The position numbers were made by a program, and so were the translations under genes. 54,480 bases of DNA from a phage, in NCBI GenBank assembly GCA_018865545.1, contig GCA_018865545.1_3633.2; one strand, 5' to 3'. Of the stretch, positions 18,599-27,346 are shown in pieces. Numbering within the stretch: position 1 is the first letter of the stretch; every line of letters begins with the position of its first letter. Below the pieces are notes generated by a model, which was given only the letters and a program-made list of their open reading frames with translations, ran no database searches and had not been told where the DNA came from.

Positions 18599-19335
18599 TC
18601 AAAATCATCAACACCGCTATCGGTAAGGTTTTCTCTGCTCGAAGGTTTTGTCGAAAGAACTTGCTCAAGCAGAGAGGAAAATTTCTGCAAATTACTTATA
18701 GAGGAAGTCTCTGTTGCCATGGCAAGCATATCCACTTCTTTTTCGGTAGGTTGCGTCCAGTCTAGAAACATCTCTTTCATGTACAACGTTGATGTCCCTA
18801 TTGGTGTGGCGAGGTCAACCCTATCAGCATAGACCCAGAAAAGAACTTCTTTCTCTATACATACACACAAAGCAGCACCCAACGAGTATCCTGTAACGAG
18901 GGATGGATATCTTGCAACGAGGATCTCGACATTCAGGTCATCCCAGTGAAATACAACACCCAAACACTTCATATCCACAATGTCTTCCACTGCGGGTTTT
19001 AGCTCCTCATGGGAAGAAAGGGAGTCATAGTTAATATTCTTTATGAATTTAAGAACGTCTTGGCGGTTGTAGGCACAATCGTTATCACCTTGCTTCCAGT
19101 AACCCCAAAATGAAGTCGATAAATTCAACCAAAAACTTGCAGTTGTCCCTAATGTCTCAGCCAGTTTTTCAGCCACATCTTCTGATACTTCTTCCATGTT
19201 ATATAGGATAGTTCTTAACTTATTTACAGGTATACCAGATCTGTCGGCAAGATCATCCACACACCAACCTAATGGATCCAGATATTCGTGGATAATAACC
19301 TCCCCTGGTGACACTGGTGCTCTTTCTTTCTGCAT
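18595..19335 (-). CDS. HigA-like HTH (antitoxin family) protein fused to a C-terminal domain of unknown function
   Basis: Start at ATG19335 behind AAGGAGAG RBS; N-terminus PVSPGEVIIHEYLDPLGWCVDDLADRSGIPVNKLRTIL..AEKLAETLGTTASFWLNL matches the HigA/VapI HTH pattern; about 150 aa follow with no recognised motif. Confidence 0.55.
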   Translation of the reverse strand: MQKERAPVSPGEVIIHEYLDPLGWCVDDLADRSGIPVNKLRTILYNMEEVSEDVAEKLAETLGTTASFWLNLSTSFWGYWKQGDNDCAYNRQDVLKFIKNINYDSLSSHEELKPAVEDIVDMKCLGVVFHWDDLNVEILVARYPSLVTGYSLGAALCVCIEKEVLFWVYADRVDLATPIGTSTLYMKEMFLDWTQPTEKEVDMLAMATETSSISNLQKFSSLLEQVLSTKPSSRENLTDSGVDDFE

Positions 19336-19388
19336 TCTCTCTCCTTTCTCTCTACCAGAAAACCCTGCAAAGCAGGGTTTTGTTACTA

Positions 19389-19592
19389 TCAGCATTTAGG
19401 CGAGCATTTATCGCACGGGCATGAAATTCCGTGGAAACACAAACCTGTTCCGTCTTTCTTGACCCCTGTTCCACCACATTGGGGACAACTATCGTGTAAG
19501 CATTTTGTTTTTGTTGTCTCCTCTTTATCTTTATTAAAGAAGTTTTTCATAATCATTTTCTGTTGTTCAATCGTAAACATTTGCGTCCCCAA
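19389..19592 (-). CDS. small Cys-rich zinc-finger protein (CxxCxGxG type)
   Basis: ORF track; CLHDSCPQCGGTGVKKDGTGLCFHGISCPCDKCSPKC. Confidence 0.45.
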   Translation of the reverse strand: MGTQMFTIEQQKMIMKNFFNKDKEETTKTKCLHDSCPQCGGTGVKKDGTGLCFHGISCPCDKCSPKC

Positions 19593-19873
19593 AATCTTTC
19601 AAGTGCTTCTACCTCTTCCATGTTTGGGAAGATACCATAGAAACAGAACTTACCTTTAGAGAAGTACGGAATAAATACCCGTGCATCAGATGTTTGAAAC
19701 ATCTTGTCAAAATTTGGTAGCTTCAGGTGGGATTTTATAGCCTCTTTAATACTTTTATCCCATTGATGCTGCCATTTGCAGGCTTTTAGGTACTCACTAA
19801 TATTATAAGAACCTACTCTCCCCAAGATACTGGTGAGAAACTTTTTGTTTTTACGAATAATCTTCTTTTTCAC
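19553..19873 (-). CDS. hypothetical protein (paralog of upstream gene)
   Basis: ORF track; N-terminus MKKKIIRKNKKFL resembles MKKKLVRRNKLFL of 19851..20156. Confidence 0.4.
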   Translation of the reverse strand: MKKKIIRKNKKFLTSILGRVGSYNISEYLKACKWQHQWDKSIKEAIKSHLKLPNFDKMFQTSDARVFIPYFSKGKFCFYGIFPNMEEVEALERFWGRKCLRLNNRK

Positions 19874-20156
19874 TCAAAAACCTCGTTTCTTCAAACTGCT
19901 CTGGTGTCAATAAACTTGTTCCTACACGACTGCCATTGCCACACATAATGGGCACGGCAATCATGTGACTATCCTTTTCTGCATTACCTAAATCAAGGTA
20001 CTGCCCATAACGTTTGATAAGTCGAAGGCTCATTTTTGAATTAGCTAAAGCCCTTGTATTATAGAGATAATCCTCAAGGTACAAATGTAGAGCGTTTGCC
20101 ACCTTTAGAGATTTTGATAAGAATAATTTATTACGCCGGACCAGTTTTTTCTTCAT
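19851..20156 (-). CDS. hypothetical protein (paralog)
   Basis: ORF track. Confidence 0.4.
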   Translation of the reverse strand: MKKKLVRRNKLFLSKSLKVANALHLYLEDYLYNTRALANSKMSLRLIKRYGQYLDLGNAEKDSHMIAVPIMCGNGSRVGTSLLTPEQFEETRFLSEKEDYS

Positions 20157-20349
20157 GCAACCCTCGCTTGTGCCTGTACATTGCTAAAGGCCATACAGAA
20201 CTCACTATAAAGCATTTCCATGCCCAACCCCATGGAGTCTTTGGTGCATAAGCTCGTTCAAGCCATTTACTCTTTTCCATCTCTGCCGTATGTACAAACC
20301 ATACGGCAATATACAGTGCAACTATAATGTAGATAAAGCCATTAATCAT
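20131..20349 (-). CDS. small membrane protein
   Basis: ORF track; hydrophobic N-terminus. Confidence 0.35.
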   Translation of the reverse strand: MINGFIYIIVALYIAVWFVHTAEMEKSKWLERAYAPKTPWGWAWKCFIVSSVWPLAMYRHKRGLHEEKTGPA

Positions 20350-21403
20350 TCATCTTATCCCAACACATTTGTTGTGCTGTCATCAAAACATCGGCAGCAA
20401 AGTTAAGATCTGTTGTCTTCGGTAAATGCGTGTTCTTGTACAGAGTGTTACGAATATAGTCATCCTTCTCTTCTGCCCAAGCCAAGAGCTTCTCCAAAGA
20501 CCATGCACCATTCCTGATTGCAAGAAGCTCCTGAGCATCAGGTCTTTTTACTAAGACTTTACCTTCTGCTAGGATCTCCTCAGCCATACGCATCAATCTT
20601 ACCAAATGGATGGCATGTTTGCAATCGTACCCGTACTTTTCTTCTAAGTCATGCCGGACCGGATTTCTGTTTTCAACCCATGTCCAGTAGTTCTTATGCT
20701 TTTCCTTTGCTTGTTTATGGTCATCTGCTAGATACTTAACGATTAAAATTGGTTTACGTTTCTTATCCTCGCCAGAGAACTGTTCGTATGGGACTTTACG
20801 AATAGAGCCGTCAGAGTTAAACAAGCCAGCATTGTCGTGTGTTCCGATCACGCCATAGATATTATCACCCATTGGTAAAAAGACACACAACTTGTTAAGG
20901 TCATCCAGCATTTTCTGGAAGTCTTTGTGTTTTGTAAGATTATCATCCATCCACGAGTGTGTCAAGCGCATGAACTCTTTTTGTGTTGGTTGCTCTTTAG
21001 GCTGCGGGTTATTAATCCATTTATTATGGCCTTTGATACGCTTCAGTTGCGCCATCGCGTACCCAGAAAAAGTAAAAGCAACTTTGCTGGATAGGAGTTT
21101 TGGCGCTTGCTCGCGTAGGTACTCGTAAACATCTGAAGTTTGCAGAATGTCACCTCTATCAACAAACATAAGCTCGATGATGTTTGGGTTCATATCAACG
21201 AACAACTTCATGTAGTTTGTTAGCTCATACAGTTTACCATCCTCTTCATCAATAAGAGTCATTTCTCTGTCAACGAAAAACGGGGTAAGAATGCTTTTAG
21301 GCTCTGCACAATAAATTCCGCGAATATCCACATCAGATGTTGGTAAGTTAGTTCCATAGGCAATACTACCACTGTAGCAGCGCATTAGTTCTAGTTTCTT
21401 CAT
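20342..21403 (-). CDS. Pol-beta superfamily nucleotidyltransferase, function unknown
   Basis: N-terminal motif GSIAYGTNLPTSDVDIRGIY fits the G[SG]..D.D NTase signature. Confidence 0.55.
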   Translation of the reverse strand: MKKLELMRCYSGSIAYGTNLPTSDVDIRGIYCAEPKSILTPFFVDREMTLIDEEDGKLYELTNYMKLFVDMNPNIIELMFVDRGDILQTSDVYEYLREQAPKLLSSKVAFTFSGYAMAQLKRIKGHNKWINNPQPKEQPTQKEFMRLTHSWMDDNLTKHKDFQKMLDDLNKLCVFLPMGDNIYGVIGTHDNAGLFNSDGSIRKVPYEQFSGEDKKRKPILIVKYLADDHKQAKEKHKNYWTWVENRNPVRHDLEEKYGYDCKHAIHLVRLMRMAEEILAEGKVLVKRPDAQELLAIRNGAWSLEKLLAWAEEKDDYIRNTLYKNTHLPKTTDLNFAADVLMTAQQMCWDKMND

Positions 21404-21780
21404 TGTTGTACCTTTTTGTCTTTTCTTGCATTATCCCAAAAATTAAGGATATTTTGGTATCGGATCTTGTCTTCCATATATTCGGCCTCATCACGAAGAT
21501 CGCGCACATGGTCTATTAAGGCACACACTTCATCATGGTATGTTGTATCACTAGTGATGTGCTTAATCATACAAGATCCTGCTTTCCACTTTGAAAGTGA
21601 GTATCTCAGATTATCATCTTTCTCTGTGGGGAACGCGTCAACTAATATTTTTGCCTTATTACCTTTTATCTTTTGTACCACCCCTCTGCGCAATTCATTA
21701 TTACCCCAATAGATAAACACAGTATCACCAACAAATAACCTGGTTCCACTTGCGTCTCTCATTTTATGCCTCCAACACAA
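21400..21780 (-). CDS. hypothetical protein
   Basis: ORF track. Confidence 0.5.
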   Translation of the reverse strand: MCWRHKMRDASGTRLFVGDTVFIYWGNNELRRGVVQKIKGNKAKILVDAFPTEKDDNLRYSLSKWKAGSCMIKHITSDTTYHDEVCALIDHVRDLRDEAEYMEDKIRYQNILNFWDNARKDKKVQQ

Positions 21781-22126
21781 AGAAATAATAAATTGTTACC
21801 GCTGTAAAGTAAAGTGTTTTGGAAATCAGCCGTAACCAACAATCCCTGTTTGTATACACTTTTCCTGCCAAGATATTACTACCTGTTACGATATGCCCCC
21901 ACACCCACACACCAAACAAGAATCCTCCTAGCAAACCCCCTGTTGGTGGTGTTAATGTGGTAATCATCGCAATACCTTCGAGGATGGTGAATATGAAGAA
22001 ATATGAGAATGCCTCTCTTACACATTTTATTCCTCTGCCAGTAACGCAGGTATTAACTAAACCTATAAGACAAAAGATCGTCCAAAGCACATACAATGTA
22101 TAAACCATAACCCACCTAACCTCCAA
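21764..22126 (-). CDS. membrane protein
   Basis: ORF track; multiple hydrophobic segments. Confidence 0.45.
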   Translation of the reverse strand: MEVRWVMVYTLYVLWTIFCLIGLVNTCVTGRGIKCVREAFSYFFIFTILEGIAMITTLTPPTGGLLGGFLFGVWVWGHIVTGSNILAGKVYTNRDCWLRLISKTLYFTAVTIYYFFVLEA

Positions 22127-22173
22127 AATGTTAACCTCTCCAACCCTATCAGAGAGGTTTCAGAAATGATCTG

Positions 22174-22671
22174 TTACTCACCTTTCAGCTTAAAACTTTT
22201 CAATGTTTTGATAAAGTTTTTCTCTGCTGGTGAGTAAGTGTGAACGAAACCTGTTTCTTCACAGGTGTAGGTATCATTAATCTCCATCGCATGTTGAGGC
22301 ATAAATGCACCTTCAGGAACAGGTTTATATTCTGGGTTGTAGATATATTCCGGTAACACAACAGCTACAGCAGTCAGTGCTCCATTCAGGGCTTCCCATT
22401 CTTCACGGAAAGCACCAACAGGGAGGTTTCCCACAGATTTAACCTGCGTAAGAAAATCTTGCAGGACGGATTGATAACCACCATTTAAAACAATAATGGT
22501 CTTATCTTTTTCTCTCCAGCATTTCAGCAAATAGTGCGCATCGAACTCTTCCGGTGTGTTTGCTGGGCGGTTATATGCCTCCATAAGTTCCACAATGGCA
22601 TGCGCTGATTGGATACCTGCATGGATACCGGAGATATATTGATTAACAATACAATACATTCTTGTTTTCAT
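22174..22671 (-). CDS. PTH2-like (peptidyl-tRNA hydrolase-like) protein, tentative
   Basis: GIQSAHA resembles the Q-x-S/A-H-A motif of PTH2 enzymes; weak. Confidence 0.35.
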   Translation of the reverse strand: MKTRMYCIVNQYISGIHAGIQSAHAIVELMEAYNRPANTPEEFDAHYLLKCWREKDKTIIVLNGGYQSVLQDFLTQVKSVGNLPVGAFREEWEALNGALTAVAVVLPEYIYNPEYKPVPEGAFMPQHAMEINDTYTCEETGFVHTYSPAEKNFIKTLKSFKLKGE

Positions 22672-22886
22672 TTTTGTTTTTTCCTCAGAATTATTCTATC
22701 TTCACTAAAAATTTCCTGTAACCCAGCAGCTATCAGTGCAAATATTGCTACCCACCATACAACTAACAGGAGTACCCCAACAAGCAAATCTCTACCTGTG
22801 ATCTGTTGCTCAATCCTGTAGGTAAAAATAAAGAAAGCTACGGATACTAAAGCACCAACAAAGAAGTAGATAAACACTTCAGTCAT
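22668..22886 (-). CDS. small membrane protein
   Basis: ORF track; two hydrophobic helices. Confidence 0.4.
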   Translation of the reverse strand: MTEVFIYFFVGALVSVAFFIFTYRIEQQITGRDLLVGVLLLVVWWVAIFALIAAGLQEIFSEDRIILRKKQK

Positions 22887-23214
22887 TATCTCTTTTCTCC
22901 AAATCCCGTTTCTCCAAGTATCCTTTTACCATAAGTGCTACAGCGTAAATTCCCACAAGACAAATACAAAATGTGAAAATAATAGGTAAAGTCATGACCG
23001 CAAACATCATAAACAGTGGTCCTACAACAGTAATGAATGCTGTTCCAAGCAACAACAAAAATACTACATATTTATCTGCCGTCTCATCCACCTTCTTAAG
23101 ATACACACCTAAACACACAGAAGACAACAGGAATGACAGAATGGACAGCAATAGATACCAATTATCAATAAAGATGATAATTGGACCAGCAACATTTTCT
23201 AGCCACCACATCAT
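22879..23214 (-). CDS. membrane protein
   Basis: ORF track; three hydrophobic segments. Confidence 0.45.
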   Translation of the reverse strand: MMWWLENVAGPIIIFIDNWYLLLSILSFLLSSVCLGVYLKKVDETADKYVVFLLLLGTAFITVVGPLFMMFAVMTLPIIFTFCICLVGIYAVALMVKGYLEKRDLEKRDND

Positions 23215-23228
23215 ATATACTTACCTCT

Positions 23229-24485
23229 TTAGAATAACATATCTCTGCTGATTGCTTTACGAATAGCATCAATACGGGCTACTCGCACAGCTTCACCAAT
23301 CTCTTTACCCTTCTTACCTTTTTCCAGAAGGGGTTTTGTTATAGCTTTAGAATCAACTTTTGTCATAGCATCGTAGGCTTCCAACAAAATATGACCCTGA
23401 GGATAAGGTTTATGTCTAAAATCACCACCTCTTCCTTTAGCATCACAATAACACGCATCTGCAAGTGTGTAAACCTTTATTTTCTGATCAGCTTGTCCAG
23501 CAGCTTCAAATATTTTCATGATGCTTTTTGGTTTCAAACCGTTGTTACCATCTCTGGGGGAGATGGCGTGCACTTTTGTGTGATTTTCCGCAACATATTT
23601 TGCCGTGTCACGATAGATATTATAAATCTTCAACCTTTCACACAAGGATTGGATAACATCTACACCAGCTTTCTCATGACCATGAAGATTACCATTGTCC
23701 TTGTAAGTTATAGCTTTGCCAAAATCATGGCACAGCACAGCAAACTTGGTCAGTGGATCAGCCCCTAATTCATCAGCAACCCGTAACGCTAGAATTGTAT
23801 GGGTGTAAGCATCCCCTTCTGGGTGATGTTCTTTAGGTTGTTGCACACGACGTAGGGCTTCCAGTTCAGGAAGTTCGCCAATACGTCCCATATTGACAGC
23901 AAAAGATCTGAAATAACCACTCTTTAAGGCTTTCAACATTTCCTTCCATTTACGCTCGGCGCTTATTTCTGCCAAAGAGTGTCGGTTGTCATAAGCCAGT
24001 TTAAAAGTTTCTGGATGGATATGCCACTCTTCCCCAAGCTGGGCTTTAAATCTAAACAGGCGTAGAATACGTAATGGATCTTCAATAAATGCCTGCGATG
24101 TATGACGTAATGTTTTAAGTCCTAAATCAACTTGACCACCAAAAGGATCAATAATCTCACCACTGTCAACATCCATCGCCATGGAGTTGATGGTTAGATC
24201 TCTACGTGCCAAATCCTCTTCCAGTGTTACATCTGGACTAAAGCATACCTCAAATCCTTTATGGCCTTCGCCTGTTTTTCTTTCTGTGCGTGCAAGAGCG
24301 TACTCTTCTCTTGTTTCTGGGTGAAGATAAACTGGAAAAGATGCGCCAACTTGTGTGAACCCTCTTTTCAACATCTCTTCATGCGTAGCGCCAACAACAA
24401 CATAATCACGGTCTGATAATTCACGACCCAGCAATTTATCTCTTACTGCACCGCCTACTAAGTATACCTTCATTTCTTCGCCCAC
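23229..24485 (-). CDS. cca: tRNA nucleotidyltransferase (CCA-adding enzyme) with HD domain
   Basis: N-terminus MKVYLVGGAVRDKLLGRELSDRDYVVVGAT..YALARTERK closely resembles bacterial Cca; HD-like region ALLHDIGK-type (LCHDFGK). Confidence 0.85.
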   Translation of the reverse strand: MGEEMKVYLVGGAVRDKLLGRELSDRDYVVVGATHEEMLKRGFTQVGASFPVYLHPETREEYALARTERKTGEGHKGFEVCFSPDVTLEEDLARRDLTINSMAMDVDSGEIIDPFGGQVDLGLKTLRHTSQAFIEDPLRILRLFRFKAQLGEEWHIHPETFKLAYDNRHSLAEISAERKWKEMLKALKSGYFRSFAVNMGRIGELPELEALRRVQQPKEHHPEGDAYTHTILALRVADELGADPLTKFAVLCHDFGKAITYKDNGNLHGHEKAGVDVIQSLCERLKIYNIYRDTAKYVAENHTKVHAISPRDGNNGLKPKSIMKIFEAAGQADQKIKVYTLADACYCDAKGRGGDFRHKPYPQGHILLEAYDAMTKVDSKAITKPLLEKGKKGKEIGEAVRVARIDAIRKAISRDMLF

Positions 24486-24796
24486 GTATTCATATAATTA
24501 ACAATATCTTTTACGGTTCTCTTTCCGTCCAGTGGATAAACCATGTCATCGCTCATCCCACCGTGTTTTAGCATTGCTACCAGTCTAGTATATACCTCTT
24601 TTGGTCTTTTGCAAGTTCTTTTCTTCCATTTATGACCGTCTGGGGAGTACTCCTTATCTTCAAGAGAGATATGAAGGATGTCCCCTATAAACTCTTTAGC
24701 CTGTGTGCTGTAAAGTGGACGGTGGAATATGTAGAATTTCATTGCTTGCTCCTTTGTTGTAATAACAATATCAGTGCAAGCCACCTGTGTCAACAC
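24470..24796 (-). CDS. hypothetical protein
   Basis: ORF track. Confidence 0.45.
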   Translation of the reverse strand: MLTQVACTDIVITTKEQAMKFYIFHRPLYSTQAKEFIGDILHISLEDKEYSPDGHKWKKRTCKRPKEVYTRLVAMLKHGGMSDDMVYPLDGKRTVKDIVNYMNTWAKK

Positions 24797-24831
24797 ATAA
24801 AGAAAAACCCGCTAAAAAGCGGGTTAATCTC

Positions 24832-25113
24832 TTACCATGTTACAAATATGTTTATAGATGTGCCTTGTTTTGTTGGTTGATAGCTAATAATATCTACCGT
24901 GAAGCCACCACCACGAAGATCGCCAACAATATGAGGCAGGTAATCACCCATTTCCTCCGGGAACTGTAGTGACATACCCATTCCAAATAGACCTTTCTTT
25001 GCACATTGGCTGATCCCGTTTACTATCTGATCGTATAGTTCCACCAGAGATTTTGGGGTGTCCTTTTTCGACTTGTTCGCTATCTCTCTCATTTTGCTGG
25101 CGACATTTGCCAT
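24832..25113 (-). CDS. hypothetical protein
   Basis: ORF track; strong TAAGAGGTAAAG RBS before ATG25113; overlaps the 3' tail of the methyltransferase ORF by 170 nt in another frame. Confidence 0.45.
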   Translation of the reverse strand: MANVASKMREIANKSKKDTPKSLVELYDQIVNGISQCAKKGLFGMGMSLQFPEEMGDYLPHIVGDLRGGGFTVDIISYQPTKQGTSINIFVTW

Positions 25114-25624
25114 CTTTACCTCTTAAAAAATAGAAAGGCTTCAAATTAAGGGTGTTCTTTTTGTCCCACACATACCATGCATACCCGCTTCCATCTGTCT
25201 TACCATCCTCTGTAAAAGATGGTCTTTGAGAAAGTACAAGCAGAGATGTTGGGGGATTATCTTGCCACCACTCCCACCTTTTCATACTTTCAAGAAAACC
25301 AAGACGTAGAAGCATGATAACGACATCAGCGTCACGTAGAGCTTTCTCAACAAATTCTTGAGCCAGTGAGTATGGAGGGTTAGAGATTATGATATCTGTG
25401 TGATTATACTCTGTTGCCAGATAATCAACACCTTGGCGTATTTCTCCCCAAGCACTTCCGATTGGTAGAAAATTATAAATCCTACCGGAAGCTCTGCACG
25501 GCTCCATATATTTCTTTTTCATATCTATGGGGATGACTTCCAACAGGGCTTCAACAGCCCATACTGGGGTTTCATACGTGTCGTATTCTCTCCGATCACC
25601 CTTCCTTTTCAGGGGTGCTACCAT
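24944..25624 (-). CDS. DNA methyltransferase-like protein (NPPY motif)
   Basis: DIIISNPPYS motif IV of amino-methyltransferases; C-terminal 60 aa low-complexity and overlapped by the next gene. Confidence 0.45.
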   Translation of the reverse strand: MVAPLKRKGDRREYDTYETPVWAVEALLEVIPIDMKKKYMEPCRASGRIYNFLPIGSAWGEIRQGVDYLATEYNHTDIIISNPPYSLAQEFVEKALRDADVVIMLLRLGFLESMKRWEWWQDNPPTSLLVLSQRPSFTEDGKTDGSGYAWYVWDKKNTLNLKPFYFLRGKDGKCRQQNERDSEQVEKGHPKISGGTIRSDSKRDQPMCKERSIWNGYVTTVPGGNG

Positions 25625-26571
25625 CAGTTACCAACCTTTTCGCTAGTTTCTTTCAGAATATCTTCGGAAACACTAAGAATTTGATTCAGTAGAATGTCTC
25701 TTTTGTGTGGTATTACTCTGGCTTCATTCTCACCATATTGCAGGTTGTTTAATTGTACAAGAATTTCTTTTAACTCGTCAACATTAAAACCATCAAAATC
25801 ACGTTCGTTCAAAGTTGACATATTGAAACTAAAATTCTCGCCACCAACCGCAATGTTCATAAACATTTCTTGTACCTCACCTTTAGGAACAGCATCTATG
25901 TTTTGGGGTGTGACATTCTTAACCACTGTTGTTTTTGTGGTTTTTGAGCCTGTTACATACTTCAGCCCTTGTTGCTCTCTTCGGATATTCTCTTTATCCA
26001 GTAAAGCGGCTTCTGTGCGTGCCAAAATATCTTCTTCTGTCAACCAAACTTCCCCACCACCTTTAATGGTTTCCATTTCTTCAGGTGTTAGCACATCTTT
26101 ATAGAAATAATCGAAGACACGATCAAAGTAGTCTTTTTGGAACACAGCTTGGCGGTAAATGTTGGATCCGTCTCCACCTATCCAACCCTGATAGTTATGG
26201 AACATAAAAATTGTCAATGGTGAAACAGTTCTACGCTCACATGCCAACCATAATACTGTTCCTGCTGAACACACTTGGCCTTCTGCATGAACAATAACCA
26301 TGGCCTGACTTTCTCGGATGGCGCTAACGTATGCCATAGCAATAGCAACATCTCCACCCAATGTATTTATAATAATGCGTACCGTATCCTCTGGATTGGC
26401 TGCACGAATTGTTTGTAACCGCTCTTGGTGATCTTCCAACCAATGCATCTCATTAACGTAAATGACATGATTATTAGCATGAGCACGATATGTAAAAACA
26501 TTAGCAGTCTCTACACGGTTAACGTTAAAATCATTACTCAGTTTTTGCATTACAACCTTCTCCGTTTTCAA
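25624..26571 (-). CDS. ClpP-like serine protease
   Basis: VIVHAEGQVCSAGTVLW (Ser in GxSxG-like context) and FMFHNYQGWIGG (His) resemble the ClpP catalytic motifs. Confidence 0.55.
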   Translation of the reverse strand: MKTEKVVMQKLSNDFNVNRVETANVFTYRAHANNHVIYVNEMHWLEDHQERLQTIRAANPEDTVRIIINTLGGDVAIAMAYVSAIRESQAMVIVHAEGQVCSAGTVLWLACERRTVSPLTIFMFHNYQGWIGGDGSNIYRQAVFQKDYFDRVFDYFYKDVLTPEEMETIKGGGEVWLTEEDILARTEAALLDKENIRREQQGLKYVTGSKTTKTTVVKNVTPQNIDAVPKGEVQEMFMNIAVGGENFSFNMSTLNERDFDGFNVDELKEILVQLNNLQYGENEARVIPHKRDILLNQILSVSEDILKETSEKVGN

Positions 26572-27031
26572 TGAGGATACCCATCAAAATATGGCTATTA
26601 CTCAAAAGCCAATCTATGTTTATGCCGCACTCCTCATCAACAATAACTTTGTCGCTATATCTGGAGCACCGGATAACTCTACGAGCATATTCAGCCGCTA
26701 TAGCTGCTTGGTGTATAATTGTAAACCTATCAAGTTCATCTTTAGTAAGATGAATGAACTTAGATTTACCATTCATACAGATGAGATGCTCCAGCAACTC
26801 AATTCTGTTAGAGAACATCAATTCGGCATCCTTCTTAGCAGCACTTTCAGAATAAAACATACTAGCTAAGAGGCTTTTATTAACAATTCTTAAAGAATTA
26901 GCCACCGTGGTCATATATCTGTTATAAAGCTCAGTAGCCATCTCTTCAAACACGTCAGGCTCTACAACACCACAATTCTGTAACTTTACCAAGGTATCGT
27001 TTGTTAAGACACTACAGACAGTATTTTTCAT
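26534..27031 (-). CDS. hypothetical protein
   Basis: ORF track. Confidence 0.45.
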   Translation of the reverse strand: MKNTVCSVLTNDTLVKLQNCGVVEPDVFEEMATELYNRYMTTVANSLRIVNKSLLASMFYSESAAKKDAELMFSNRIELLEHLICMNGKSKFIHLTKDELDRFTIIHQAAIAAEYARRVIRCSRYSDKVIVDEECGINIDWLLSNSHILMGILIENGEGCNAKTE

Positions 27032-27037
27032 TGTCCC

Positions 27038-27346
27038 CTACCTAGCAATTAGATATTGTATCTTTCCGTCATCTTCCTGATACCCAACATCTACAACATA
27101 GTATTCTCCAACATCAGGAATCAACAACTTATCCCCAACCTCGTACTCTTTTGGGGTATGGTATACCATTGATTCTGTAAAATATTTGTACTTATCCGTA
27201 TCGTTAATGTTGCATGAAATTTCCATTTCTCCGTTGTTGTTGGGTATGAGAATATCCTCACCATTCTTTTTCCCAACCACATAACCACCTACCAATGTTT
27301 TAACTAAGCACAGTGTTTTATTGAGTTTGTCTTGGAACTTTGGCAA
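27038..27346 (-). CDS. hypothetical protein
   Basis: ORF track. Confidence 0.45.
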   Translation of the reverse strand: MPKFQDKLNKTLCLVKTLVGGYVVGKKNGEDILIPNNNGEMEISCNINDTDKYKYFTESMVYHTPKEYEVGDKLLIPDVGEYYVVDVGYQEDDGKIQYLIAR

